Below the pieces are notes generated by a model. It was not told where the DNA came from, ran no database searches, and worked only from the letters and a program-made list of their open reading frames with translations. Shown here one piece after another: positions 1-10,494 of a stretch of DNA of 64,000 nt. The stretch comes from Candidatus Parcubacteria bacterium (GTDB lineage Bacteria > Patescibacteriota > Patescibacteriia > Patescibacteriales > UBA12075): positions 67,307-131,306 of the forward strand of contig CAWFCE010000001.1 in NCBI GenBank assembly GCA_963814275.1, written 5' to 3'. The translations under genes and the position numbers were made by a program. The stretch's first letter is position 1. Each line of letters starts with the position of its first letter.

Positions 1-1
1 T

Positions 2-1143
2 GCTGCAGCTCTGGACACTGGTACTTCGTCGGTCTCCGACATCGTCACCACCGACATCGACGGCGATCCGATCCATACCTATGACATCGGCGCGGACGAT
101 GGTTCTCAGTATTTTGTATCTAGTATTAAGTATCAGGGAGTTGATGCCGAGTTCGGTACGCTCTCAACCTGGGAAGACGCCAATGACGTCGATCTGACCG
201 CGACCAATACGCTTGTGTTCAATTGTTCGAGCGCAGACGGCGGCGTCGCAGCCGGGACCGTGATGGCCGGTGAGACGAGCGGTGCCACCGGCAAGGCCAC
301 TGTCCTCGCCACCTCCTCGAACCAACTGCTCCTTTACGATATCACGGCCAGTTCGACCACGGGCGGTTATTTCCAGACCGGCGAGAAGATATATATCCAG
401 GGCGCCTCGTCCGCAACCAATTACTGCATAACCGCCAATTCCGGCAATTCCGCGATCGCGGTGGCTAAAATAGACGGCGCGTGGGCTGGGGCGGATACGA
501 ACACGGTGTATATCGACGGCTGGACGACCGGAAAATATAACTACATCAGGATCTATACGACTGATACAGCCCGGCATCAGGGGAAGTGGGACGAAAATAA
601 ATATAATTTGGCTCTGACGGGTGATTTTTGGAATACCAACATAACCGTTGTTTCGTCTTTCGTAAGGATTGACGGCCTGCAGATAAAATCCGCCTGGTCA
701 GGAAGCGGTTCAAGCAATTACTTAGTCGGCATTGACCTTTCCCCGTATTCTTCTGATAACGAAGTGCAAATCAGCAATAATATCATTCAGGGTGTTATAG
801 GCGATGGTACCGGTGATTACGGAATAGGCCATAACATCAGCTCTACTCTTTATACGCCGAATTGCCGGATATGGAACAATGTCATATACGGATATGCGAC
901 AGGCAATACCGGTTCTGAAAACGGCAATCCCTATCATGCCGGAATAAATCTTGGCTACTCGCTGGCTTCGGCAGGCGGGCAGGCCTTGGTGTATAATAAC
1001 ACTTTGTATGGGAATGATTTTGGAATCTATCTTCATAGTAATTTGCCGGCGACATTAAAAAATAATATTTCAAATAACAATGGTTACGATTATCATGATT
1101 ATGGAGGCGGTATTACATCGTCAGCAAACAATATTTCCGAAAC
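2..1143 (+). CDS. 5' part of a giant repetitive beta-helix surface protein. It enters from upstream of the window in frame 2 and continues in frame 1 after a 1-nt frameshift.
   Basis: Frame 2 is open from nt 2. Its translation (AALDTGTSSVSDIVTTDIDGDPIHTYDIGADDGSQYFVSSIKYQGVDAEFGTL...) is a near-copy of the modules at ~3655 and ~7455. Asn-rich beta-helix rungs run to ~1140, after which frame 2 turns into P/R/S-rich nonsense until its stop at 1501. Confidence 0.8.
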
Positions 1144-4100
1144 ACTTCTTCGCCTGATTCCGCCTTTCACGATAAAACAGTCACCTTCCTCGACGCGGCC
1201 AACAACGATTTCCATCTCTCATCCTCCGACACCGCCGCCCGTGATTCAGGCACTTCTACTGCCTATAGCCTATTGCCTACAGCCTATGATATCGACGGCA
1301 CTGCACGCGGAGGCGCGCCGGACATCGGCGCGGACGAGGTGCCGGTCGAATATGTTTCGACGATCTGCGAAAATACGTCCGCGGGGGGGAGTTGTTCGGA
1401 AATGGACTACAGCGACCTGTCCGACTGGGAGGACGCGGTCGAGGCCGATATCGTTTCCAGCGCCACCCGTATTTTCTCCGGCACCGGCACCGGCGAATTA
1501 AGCGAGAATGACAGCGTCTCGCTCTACTGGGGCGGCGCAACCGATTCCGGCATTGCCGGCACCGTGGTCGCCACCACCTCGGACCAGATCATGGTCGACT
1601 GGATAACCGGCACCACTTCGCCGGTAATCGCCCACGCTTCGGACACCTGGCGCAAGGACGCCTCGAACTACTGGACCATTTCCGGCACCGGCGACGACCT
1701 CGGCGCTTCGCCGATCGCGGTAGCCAAGATCGATGGGACGTGGAATGCGAGCGATACAGCACTCGTGACAATCGACGGTTGGACAACATCACGTGATGCA
1801 TATATTAAAGTATATTCAACCGATACCGCCCGGCATGATGGCACCTGGTCATATGATAAGTATCGAAACAGTGCCGGCATGAACAATTATGAACAATTTG
1901 TCAGAACTTCTGGGCTGCAAATGACCTATTTATATTCAGATCAGCATGGCGGTTTCGTAGTATATTCCGACAATCTTTTTCAAAATATTGACTCAAGTAG
2001 CGCTAAAGTAATATCTGCAGTAACAACCGATGCACCCAGCGGCGCGGCGACCATTGATACCTATACGATTTTTATAAATAACACAATATACAACGACCTG
2101 AACCCTACGGGTTATAGCCGCTTGATCGTACTTTCCGGGCGCACTAAGAATCATGTTTATTTCTATAATACCGATTGTATTAACAAGGATGACGGCAGCA
2201 ACAACGGCGGAGATGTAAACTGTTTCTATTACTCCCATACCAATACCGATGTCCACTATTGGAATACGATCGCCTATGTGCCCGATGGTGCCGATATAAA
2301 TAATGGTTCCGCTAGTGGGGATTATAATGTTACAACCGGCGACGGATTGCCGGGGAACAATACAGCCACCAATACTTCACCGGCTTTCGCTGAAATCGAT
2401 AACAATGATTTTCATCTCTCATCCAGTGATACAGTCGCTCGTGATCAGGGAATTGATCTTTCGGATAACCAGTTCCTTGCTTACACCGCAGATATTGACG
2501 GCGACACCCGGCCATTTAACGGTACCTGGGACATCGGTGCCGATGAATATGCGCTCTATACGATCTACCGCAGTGTCGGACCGGGTTCGACCGGCGCGCT
2601 CCTTTGCGCAACCAGCACGAATAACCTAAACATTTCCGGCTCTACCGCCACTTTCGACGGCGGCACGCTCGATAAGATCGGGGTAGGGGACGCGATCGTC
2701 TATAACGCGAGCTCGTCCATTGCCTTCATCTCCGGCCGCAACAATTCGAACTTCTCATATAGCGTTCAGAACGCGACCGGTGTTACTCCGGATACAGTTA
2801 CGGACGACACTGGCTGGTGTATTTTTAGGGCTTATACGTCATTAGCAAACGCTGAGTCCGGCACTACCAATACCAATATCCCAGTATCCTTCGATACCTG
2901 GTCGGATGGGCGTGACCTGGTCAGTAATAAGGAGCAGTGGAATATTGCCTGTTACGCTGATGCATCCGATGGCACAACGGTTGATATCGAAGGATGGACC
3001 ACAGGAATTTCCAATCATCTAAGGATTTTTACACCCAATTCATCCAGCGAAGTCGGTACCAGCCAACGGCATAATGGAGTTTGGTCGGCCAATGGTTATC
3101 GTCTGGAAGTTGATGGCGATACCTTGGACGTCTACGATGATTACGTTTGGATTGACGGATTACAGATCGATACCGCGCCCAACTCTTCCGGCACCAACAG
3201 AATGGGCATCCTGCTCTCAAATAATGAAACCGGCGGCGCTAAAATATCGAATAACATAATTAGATCATCGAATTACGGCGGCAGTGCTAACTATGGAATT
3301 TATGTAGGAGGTAATACTTCGGGAGCGGTAACCTATATATATAACAATATACTGGTGAGCCATAAAACCTATGGTATGTATATTAATGATTATGGCGACC
3401 GGGAAATAATCACCAATAACACTGTTTATAATTGTAATGTCGGTTTTTCGGTAAATTCAGGCCCTGGCCAGCCGGAAGCCTATAATAATATCGCAGCATC
3501 ATGCGATAGTGTTTGCTATGAAAATCTGTCTACCTTATCGGGTAATAATATATCTTCAGATGATACTGCCCCAGGCTCAAATTCGATTGTCAATGCAACC
3601 GTAAAGTTCTTTGACGAATTGAATGGTGATTACCATCTCTCTCCCGACGATACCGCCGCCCTTGACGCCGGCACTTCCTCGGTCTCCGACATCGTCACCA
3701 CCGACATCGACGGCGATCCCATCCATACCTATGACATCGGCGCGGACGATGGTTCTCAGTATTTTGTATCCAGTATCAAGTATCAAGGGGTGGACGCCGA
3801 ATTCGGCACTTTGGCGACCTGGGAAGACGCTAATGACGTTGACCTGACCGCCACGACCACCCTTGTTTTCGATATCGACACCACCACCGGCTATATCCCG
3901 TTCGGCGCCAGCGTGTACGGCACGTCTTCCTTCGCCGAAGCGTCGGTAACAGTAGTGGCTACGACTTCTAACCAGATATTGCTCTACAATATTGCCAGTT
4001 CGACTTTCCAGGACGGTGAATGGGTCTGCGTCGATGGCGCGCCAGCAAATTGCGTCCGACTGTCCGACGCGGGAAACCCGGCTATTGCCGTAGCCAGGAT

Positions 4101-7100
4101 CGACGGCGCCTGGGCCGGGGCGGATACGAGTGCGGTCGATATAGACGGTTGGACAACCGGGAAATATAATTATATCAAGATCTATACGACCGTTACGGCC
4201 CGGCACCAGGGAAAGTGGGATGATAATAAGTATAGAATCATGAAGTCGAATACTACGATCATCACTTCCGAAGAGGAATTTGTCCAAATTGACGGATTGC
4301 AAGTTGGATTCATCGCCGATACCGGCAGCGGAAACTATTTCGCTATTTGGGGTACGGCCGATGGAAGCGGAGAATTCTCAATTTCCAACAATATTGTCAG
4401 GGGAGTGGAAAATACCGGCGGCGGGTATCAGATAGGTATCGTTCCCGCTTATATCTCGGGACAGACAATATCCCGGGTATGGAATAATATCATTTATGAT
4501 TGTACCGGGCCTAACGCGGAAGGCATCGAACAGGATGATACGGATAGCACGACATATTTCTACAATAACACCGTTTATAACTGCAATATCGGTATTTTCT
4601 ATCATAATGGCGGGTCGTTTATTGCCAAAAATAATATTGCTTATAACAATACCGCAAACTATGGCAGTACACCGGGCTCGGAATCGGCTTATAATATGAC
4701 AAGCCAGACTCCTTCCAGTGCGATTGCCTGGGGCGTTGCCGCCGATAATGGCACCACCGATTCTGCCGCCGCGGGAAAACTTATCCAGTCCGGACAGGAT
4801 TTCCTGACGACGGTAAAAACCGGGATGGTAATAAAGAATACCTCCGATAATACTTATACATATGTCACAGCTGTTGATTCCGATATCCAGTTGTCAGTTA
4901 ACGACGACATCATGCTTTCCGGCAAGGTATATGTGATTTACACTAACATGTATGGCCTTCCTGATTTTGTGGATATAGCCAATAACGATCCCCATTTGGC
5001 CCAATTCGATACTGTGGCCAAGAACAAAGGAATAAATCTCTATTCTGATCCATATCTGGCGCTGAACACCGATATTGACGGCACGGCCCGGGGCGGGGCG
5101 ACCGATATCGGCGCGGACGAAGTCCCCGTGGAATTTGTATCTACGATCTGCGAAACCCCGGGAAGCGGGGGGGACTGCGGCAATATGGATTATAGTCATC
5201 TGGGCGGGACCGGCAATTGGGAAGACAAAGTGGAAAGCGACCTGACCGCCGCGGCCACCCGCGTGTTTTCCGGTACCGGTACCGGCGAGCTTGACGAGGA
5301 TGACACGGTCGAACTTTACTGGGGCGGCGCAACCGACTCCGGTATCGATGCCACGGTCGTAGCCACCACCGTGGCCGGACAGATTCTCGTTGACGGGGTT
5401 ACCGGGACGACCTCGCCTGTCGTAGCGCATTCCTCCGATACCTGGCGTAAGGATGCCTCTAATTATTGGACGATTTCCGGAACCGGCGACGACCTGGGGG
5501 CCAGCCCGATCGCGATAGCGAAGATAGACGGAACATGGAATGCTACCGATACGGTTTATCTCAGAATCAACGGTTGGGGGGCGGATTATGATAATTACGT
5601 TAAAATATATACAACCGATATGGCTCGCCACAATGGGGCTGCCGATTATGACGCTTATCGTATTTGGTATGATTATTCCGACGCGCAAAATTACGTTTCA
5701 ATTTCAATTTCCAATGCGGGAAATTATTATATAGAAGGTTTACAAATCTATCCGTCTGATAACTCCATTAGTTTGTCGGGCGGCATTAATTTAGCGAATG
5801 GATGCACTGTTTATGTTTATAATAATTTATTCTTTGGCGGTCCCAAAAGCAACGGCCAGAGAGGCATGTTCAGTATTTATGATCTAAGCGCTAAGGAATC
5901 GAATATATATAATAATATAATTTCCGGTTTAACCTTATGCATATTGGGCGGAGATTATGTCTATAATAATACGTTATATGACTGTAGTGATACCGGGATA
6001 TTAAGCGGTGCTACGATTGCCATAAATAATATCGTTGCCAGCACTACTGATCCTTTTGATGGTACATTCACTGACGGTACGACCAATAATTCAACCGATG
6101 CAGCCGATAGTCCGGGAATAGGCACTAATTATCAAAACCAGACTTTCAGCTTCGTCGACGCGGCTAATGGTGATTTTCATCTGACCAAGGACGATACCGG
6201 CGCCAAAGACAAAGGCGTTGATCTCTCGTCCACCTCCACTTTGTCCTTCAGCGACGACATCGACGGCGACGCCCGCCCGGCCTTTAATGCCTGGGATATC
6301 GGCGCCGACGAATACGCGCTCTATACGATCTACCGCAGTGTCGGTCCGGGCTCGACCGGAGCATTATTATGTGCCACATCCACCAATAACCTGAACATCT
6401 CCGGCTCCTCGGCCACCTTCGACGGCGGAACGCTTGATAATATCGGAGTCGGGGACGCGATCGTCTATAATGCGAGCTCGTCCATAGCCTTCATCTCCGG
6501 CCGCAGTTCCAACTTCGCTTATTCGGTACAAGACGCCGCCGGCGTTACACCGGACGCGGTTACTGATGATACCGGCTGGTGTATTTTCCGGGCGTATACG
6601 TCGCTTCAGAATGCTGTGGACGATGCGCTTGGCGGTACCGAAAACACGGGGATTCCGGCAGCAGTAAGAGATTTTGATACCTGGACCGGCGGGCAGGATC
6701 TGGTGGCCAATAAAGAACAGTGGAACGTAGCTTGTTATGCTGACGCAGCTGATACAGTCGGTTCAGGCGGAGTTGATATCAACGGTTGGACAACCAGTGA
6801 AACTAATTATATTAAAGTTTATACGCCGGTTTCCGCTTCCGAGGTAGGAGTTAGCCAGCGCCATAGCGGCAAATGGGATACGAACGGGTACCGGCTGGAA
6901 GCCACTGGCTACCCGAATCATCTCGATATTTATGACGATTACGTAAAAATCGACGGCTTGCAGGTGAGCATGACCCCCACCAATTCGAACCCCTACCGGG
7001 TAATTTATATCAGGCAAGACAGCGTCAAAGTATGGATTTCCAACTCTATAATAAAAGGGATCGGGGATGCTTCTTATAGCGTAAATTACGGAGTTTTCGC

Positions 7101-10029
7101 CAATGACGCTTATGACGGGACTGTTTATTTCTGGAATAATATCATATACGATGTTGGGGCGGGTATAATCGCCGATACTGGTTCGTCATTCTATGCTTAT
7201 AATAATACTTTTTATAACTGTGATTATGGTTTGAGTTCGGAATGGAAGGCTGGGGTGGGCGGATCCGTTCTGGCTATAAATAATATCGTGCAAAATTGCA
7301 CTGATGGGTTTGATAGTTCATTCAACACTGCTTCCGATTATAATATTTCCGATATTGCCGGCGACCAGCCGGCCAGCGGCGCTCACGACAAGATGGAAAC
7401 TGACGTGATTTTCTTCGATGAATTGAATAAAGATTTTCACATATCCCCGGACGACACCGCCGCTCTCGACGCCGGCACGTCGTCGGTATCGGATATCGTC
7501 ACTACCGACATCGACGGAGCGCCGATCCATACCTACGACATCGGCGCGGACGACGGCAGTCAGTATTTTGTATCTAGTATTAAGTATCAGGGGTTTGATG
7601 CTGAATTCGGCACTTTGGCGACCTGGGAAGACGCTAATGATGTCGATCTGACCGCGACCACCACGCTCGTCTTCGATATCGACGCCACCACCGGTTACAT
7701 CCCGTTCGGCTCATCGCTTTACGGCACGACTTCTTTTGCCGTGGCTTCGACCACGCTCGTGGCTACTTCGTCGAACCAGATACTTCTCTACAATATAGCG
7801 AGTTCCACCTTCCAGTCCGGCGAATGGGTCTGCCTGGAAGGCGCGCCCGCCAACTGCGTACGCCTGGCCAACGCCGGCAACCCGGCCATTGCCGTCGCCA
7901 AGATCGACGGAGCCTGGGCCGGGGCGGATACGAGCGCGGTAACTATAAATGGCTGGACGACTGGGAAATATAACTATATCAAGGTTTATACGACTGATAC
8001 GGCACGGCATCAGGGGAAGTGGGATGATAATAAGTATCGTTTAGTTAACAATGGGATTATATTTAATGAAAGCAATGCTATAGAATTTGACGGCATACAG
8101 TTTTATCGCACCGGAACAACAGGGGGGGGCGGAACTATACTATTTAACTATCTTTCAAGTGCTAATATTACTTTTTCAAATAATATTGTTAAAAGAGATT
8201 CATATTATGATTGTTTGAAAGTTTTTGGTAAGTCAACTAGCGTTTATAAAATTTATAATAATATTTTATACGATTGTGGCGGATCAGGAATAGTTTTAGA
8301 CAGCGGAGTAGGTGGTGGTGGATATATTTATAATAATACAGTCAGCGATTGTGGAAATGGTTTTTATTTTATCAATGCAAATTTGTTTACAATGAAAAAC
8401 AATATTTCCTATAACAATATAGACAATTACTCCGGCTCTTACAGTAATTTAACTGCCAGCCATAATCTTTCTGGACCGACACAGTCGAATGCTCCTGGGT
8501 CTAGTCCGGTAAATAATGCCACAGTAACTTTCCTGGATTCAGCTAATCAGGACTTCCGTCTAATGCCCGAGGATACGGCTGCGCGCGACGCGGGCACGAA
8601 TTTAAGTGCGGATGTGAACCTGCATTTCACGGACGACGCGCAGGGGAATGAGCGTTATGACGCCAAATGGGACATCGGCGCGCTCGAAGGGCCGACGATT
8701 ATTTACCGCAGCGTCGGCAACGACACGAGCAACCTGGCCGGAGCCGGCAATACCGTGACGATCACGAAAGTATCAGGCGGCAACGCGACCACGACCGCAG
8801 TTTTCGCCAATGAACTGCCGGATAATGTGGGCGTGGGGGATGTATTGCAATACGGCGGCAGCGGTTATTACCAATTAGCCTTCATCACCGCCCGCGCCTC
8901 CTCCACCCAGTACGAAGTCCAGGCACGCGACGGCACCCTGCCGGATGCCACCACCTCGGCCCCGGTCAGTATCTTTCGGGCGCACGAATTCCTGGATGAC
9001 TGGGAGGATCAACTTGAAGTTGATGTGAACGACGGGATTGACGGCAGTGTTGACGAGCTAGTTCTGTATCCCAAAGCGAGCCTTGATTTAACAGCTTCCA
9101 ATACCGCCATGTTCGTACCCTGCTACGCTTCGACAAGTCCTGACAATTTAGCAGTTAATATAGACGGATGGACGACTGCCACAACCAGCTATATAAAAAT
9201 ATATACACCGAAAGATACTAATGAAGTAGGCATAAGCCAACGCCATAATGGTTTATCGGGTAGCGGTTATGTTCTAAAAAATAGTTATGATCAGCAGATA
9301 CTAATAAATGATTCAAATGTTAAGTTGGTTGGGATTGAAAGCGATTGTAGTGATTCAACAACTGGAAGCTACTGTGTTCATATATGGGCAAATACTGGCC
9401 AGTCAAATACTAATTTAACAATCGATTCATGTTTATTGGATAATAGACGTAATGACACGACATTGGGATCGGGCATTAGGTTAAATAATGCTGGTACGAG
9501 TTCAACTTTTTATCTAACCAATAATATTATTATGACTGATAATCAAATAGGGATTTACTTAAGATTTGACGAAGGTGGTTCAAACGCTAGCATATATATT
9601 TATAACAACACAATATCGTCATCGACAACAGGCATCTCGTCCTATCCTGATGCATATGTAGTTGTTAAAAATAACGTAATTTTCAACACTTCCGATGATT
9701 TTTCTAGCTCTTTTGATATTCTCGACCACAACGCCTCCGACGACCTGGACGGGGACAATCCGATCGATATCAGTCCGGGGGCGAGTGAGGCGGACGGCTG
9801 GGCGGCGGCTTTCGTCGATTATGCCAATGGGGATTTCCGGATCAAGAGCATTTATTCGCCGCTCTATGACGCCGGTACGCCGATCACGCTCATAACCGAT
9901 GACATCGTGGGAACGGCCCGCCCGCAGAACAATGCTTATGACGTCGGCGCTTTCGAGTTCACCGGCGCGCCGAAATTCAAGATAAAGGGCGGGACGATCA
10001 AGATGCAGGGACACTTGGAATTTAAGTAA
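1141..10029 (+). CDS. Giant repetitive right-handed beta-helix surface protein or adhesin. The track ORF is 1273..10029 (2918 aa); the frame is open from 1099 and homology starts at 1141.
   Basis: A long ORF with repeated modules. Recurrent signatures are IDGWTT..YI(K/R)(I/V)YT..ARH.G.W, NNI/YNN rungs typical of parallel beta-helices, and D.DG..R..DIGADE caps of the kind seen at the ends of beta-helix surface proteins. Confidence 0.85.
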   Translation, partial: NTSSPDSAFHDKTVTFLDAANNDFHLSSSDTAARDSGTSTAYSLLPTAYDIDGTARGGAPDIGADEVPVEYVSTICENTSAGGSCSEMDYSDLSDWEDAVEADIVSSATRIFSGTGTGELSENDSVSLYWGGATDSGIAGTVVATTSDQIMVDWITGTTSPVIAHASDTWRKDASNYWTISGTGDDLGASPIAVAKIDGTWNASDTALVTIDGWTTSRDAYIKVYSTDTARHDGTWSYDKYRNSAGMNNYEQFVRTSGLQMTYLYSDQHGGFVVYSDNLFQNIDSSSAKVISAVTTDAPSGAATIDTYTIFINNTIYNDLNPTGYSRLIVLSGRTKNHVYFYNTDCINKDDGSNNGGDVNCFYYSHTNTDVHYWNTIAYVPDGADINNGSASGDYNVTTGDGLPGNNTATNTSPAFAEIDNNDFHLSSSDTVARDQGIDLSDNQFLAYTADIDGDTRPFNGTWDIGADEYALYTIYRSVGPGSTGALLCATSTNNLNISGSTATFDGGTLDKIGVGDAIVYNASSSIAFISGRNNSNFSYSVQNATGVTPDTVTDDTGWCIFRAYTSLANAESGTTNTNIPVSFDTWSDGRDLVSNKEQWNIACYADASDGTTVDIEGWTTGISNHLRIFTPNSSSEVGTSQRHNGVWSANGYRLEVDGDTLDVYDDYVWIDGLQIDTAPNSSGTNRMGILLSNNETGGAKISNNIIRSSNYGGSANYGIYVGGNTSGAVTYIYNNILVSHKTYGMYINDYGDREIITNNTVYNCNVGFSVNSGPGQPEAYNNIAASCDSVCYENLSTLSGNNISSDDTAPGSNSIVNATVKFFDELNGDYHLSPDDTAALDAGTSSVSDIVTTDIDGDPIHTYDIGADDGSQYFVSSIKYQGVDAEFGTLATWEDANDVDLTATTTLVFDIDTTTGYIPFGASVYGTSSFAEASVTVVATTSNQILLYNIASSTFQDGEWVCVDGAPANCVRLSDAGNPAIAVARIDGAWAGADTSAVDIDGWTTGKYNYIKIYTTVTARHQGKWDDNKYRIMKSNTTIITSEEEFVQIDGLQVGFIADTGSGNYFAIWGTADGSGEFSISNNIVRGVENTGGGYQIGIVPAYISGQTISRVWNNIIYDCTGPNAEGIEQDDTDSTTYFYNNTVYNCNIGIFYHNGGSFIAKNNIAYNNTANYGSTPGSESAYNMTSQTPSSAIAWGVAADNGTTDSAAAGKLIQSGQDFLTTVKTGMVIKNTSDNTYTYVTAVDSDIQLSVNDDIMLSGKVYVIYTNMYGLPDFVDIANNDPHLAQFDTVAKNKGINLYSDPYLALNTDIDGTARGGATDIGADEVPVEFVSTICETPGSGGDCGNMDYSHLGGTGNWEDKVESDLTAAATRVFSGTGTGELDEDDTVELYWGGATDSGIDATVVATTVAGQILVDGVTGTTSPVVAHSSDTWRKDASNYWTISGTGDDLGASPIAIAKIDGTWNATDTVYLRINGWGADYDNYVKIYTTDMARHNGAADYDAYRIWYDYSDAQNYVSISISNAGNYYIEGLQIYPSDNSISLSGGINLANGCTVYVYNNLFFGGPKSNGQRGMFSIYDLSAKESNIYNNIISGLTLCILGGDYVYNNTLYDCSDTGILSGATIAINNIVASTTDPFDGTFTDGTTNNSTDAADSPGIGTNYQNQTFSFVDAANGDFHLTKDDTGAKDKGVDLSSTSTLSFSDDIDGDARPAFNAWDIGADEYALYTIYRSVGPGSTGALLCATSTNNLNISGSSATFDGGTLDNIGVGDAIVYNASSSIAFISGRSSNFAYSVQDAAGVTPDAVTDDTGWCIFRAYTSLQNAVDDALGGTENTGIPAAVRDFDTWTGGQDLVANKEQWNVACYADAADTVGSGGVDINGWTTSETNYIKVYTPVSASEVGVSQRHSGKWDTNGYRLEATGYPNHLDIYDDYVKIDGLQVSMTPTNSNPYRVIYIRQDSVKVWISNSIIKGIGDASYSVNYGVFANDAYDGTVYFWNNIIYDVGAGIIADTGSSFYAYNNTFYNCDYGLSSEWKAGVGGSVLAINNIVQNCTDGFDSSFNTASDYNISDIAGDQPASGAHDKMETDVIFFDELNKDFHISPDDTAALDAGTSSVSDIVTTDIDGAPIHTYDIGADDGSQYFVSSIKYQGFDAEFGTLATWEDANDVDLTATTTLVFDIDATTGYIPFGSSLYGTTSFAVASTTLVATSSNQILLYNIASSTFQSGEWVCLEGAPANCVRLANAGNPAIAVAKIDGAWAGADTSAVTINGWTTGKYNYIKVYTTDTARHQGKWDDNKYRLVNNGIIFNESNAIEFDGIQFYRTGTTGGGGTILFNYLSSANITFSNNIVKRDSYYDCLKVFGKSTSVYKIYNNILYDCGGSGIVLDSGVGGGGYIYNNTVSDCGNGFYFINANLFTMKNNISYNNIDNYSGSYSNLTASHNLSGPTQSNAPGSSPVNNATVTFLDSANQDFRLMPEDTAARDAGTNLSADVNLHFTDDAQGNERYDAKWDIGALEGPTIIYRSVGNDTSNLAGAGNTVTITKVSGGNATTTAVFANELPDNVGVGDVLQYGGSGYYQLAFITARASSTQYEVQARDGTLPDATTSAPVSIFRAHEFLDDWEDQLEVDVNDGIDGSVDELVLYPKASLDLTASNTAMFVPCYASTSPDNLAVNIDGWTTATTSYIKIYTPKDTNEVGISQRHNGLSGSGYVLKNSYDQQILINDSNVKLVGIESDCSDSTTGSYCVHIWANTGQSNTNLTIDSCLLDNRRNDTTLGSGIRLNNAGTSSTFYLTNNIIMTDNQIGIYLRFDEGGSNASIYIYNNTISSSTTGISSYPDAYVVVKNNVIFNTSDDFSSSFDILDHNASDDLDGDNPIDISPGASEADGWAAAFVDYANGDFRIKSIYSPLYDAGTPITLITDDIVGTARPQNNAYDVGAFEFTGAPKFKIKGGTIKMQGHLEFK

Positions 10030-10061
10030 ATCCGCGGATTTAATGCAGATAAATATTCTAG

Positions 10062-10106
10062 AATTTTCAATTTTCAATAATCCAATAATCCAATCAATAT
10101 TTAATA
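10062..10106. repeat. Left arm of the long inverted repeat flanking the four-helix-bundle gene
   Basis: aattttcaattttcaataatccaataatccaatcaatatttaata is approximately the reverse complement of 10495-10546. The core ttttcaataatccaat recurs at 21697. Confidence 0.75.
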
Positions 10107-10124
10107 ATTAATTTTCAATTAGGT

Positions 10125-10493
10125 ATGACAAGGAGGAATAACTCATTCGGTTATGATCTTGAGGAAAGATTGGCTCTTTTTGGTGAACAAGTGATCGATT
10201 TAGCGAAAAAGTTGCCTCAGAATGCTATTAACCAAAGACTGGTCCCCCAAGCAGTCAGTTCGTCCGGTTCTGCCGGTGCCAACTATTGTGAAGCTTGCGA
10301 GGCGGAAAGTAAAAAGGATTTCCGCCATAAGATTGGCATTACCAAGAAAGAAATCAGAGAAAGTAAGCATTGGCTGAGGTTGATTGCCCGGGCCAACGAA
10401 CAATACGCCGACGACTGTCGCCGCCTCTGGAAAGAAGCACATGAACTGCTTCTGATATTTTCCAAAATACTCCAGACGAGCAAAGCCAATTAA
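10125..10493 (+). CDS. Four-helix-bundle protein (23S rRNA intervening-sequence protein family)
   Basis: 122 aa. The motif SSSGSAGANYCEACEAESKKDFRHKIGITKKEIRESKHWLRL matches the S.GANI.EG......DF...L.IA.GS..E family pattern. The gene is nested between inverted repeats. Confidence 0.75.
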   Translation: MTRRNNSFGYDLEERLALFGEQVIDLAKKLPQNAINQRLVPQAVSSSGSAGANYCEACEAESKKDFRHKIGITKKEIRESKHWLRLIARANEQYADDCRRLWKEAHELLLIFSKILQTSKAN

Positions 10494-10494
10494 A

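Noticed and set aside
215-1501. The track ORF 215..1501 taken as an independent 428-aa protein.
   Set aside because: Its frame is open back to nt 2, so it is 5'-partial. Its last ~120 residues (from ~1141) are P/R/S-rich nonsense overlapping the real continuation in frame 1. It is one frameshifted gene together with 1273..10029.
3577-5688. Long antisense ORFs inside the giant repeat gene (3577..4302, 4894..5688, 164..577, 6763..7017, 7711..8010, 9619..10077, all on the minus strand).
   Set aside because: They are shadow ORFs opposite a strongly supported coding frame. Their translations are Arg/Gly/Pro-rich with no motifs, and they recur only because the sense gene is repetitive.
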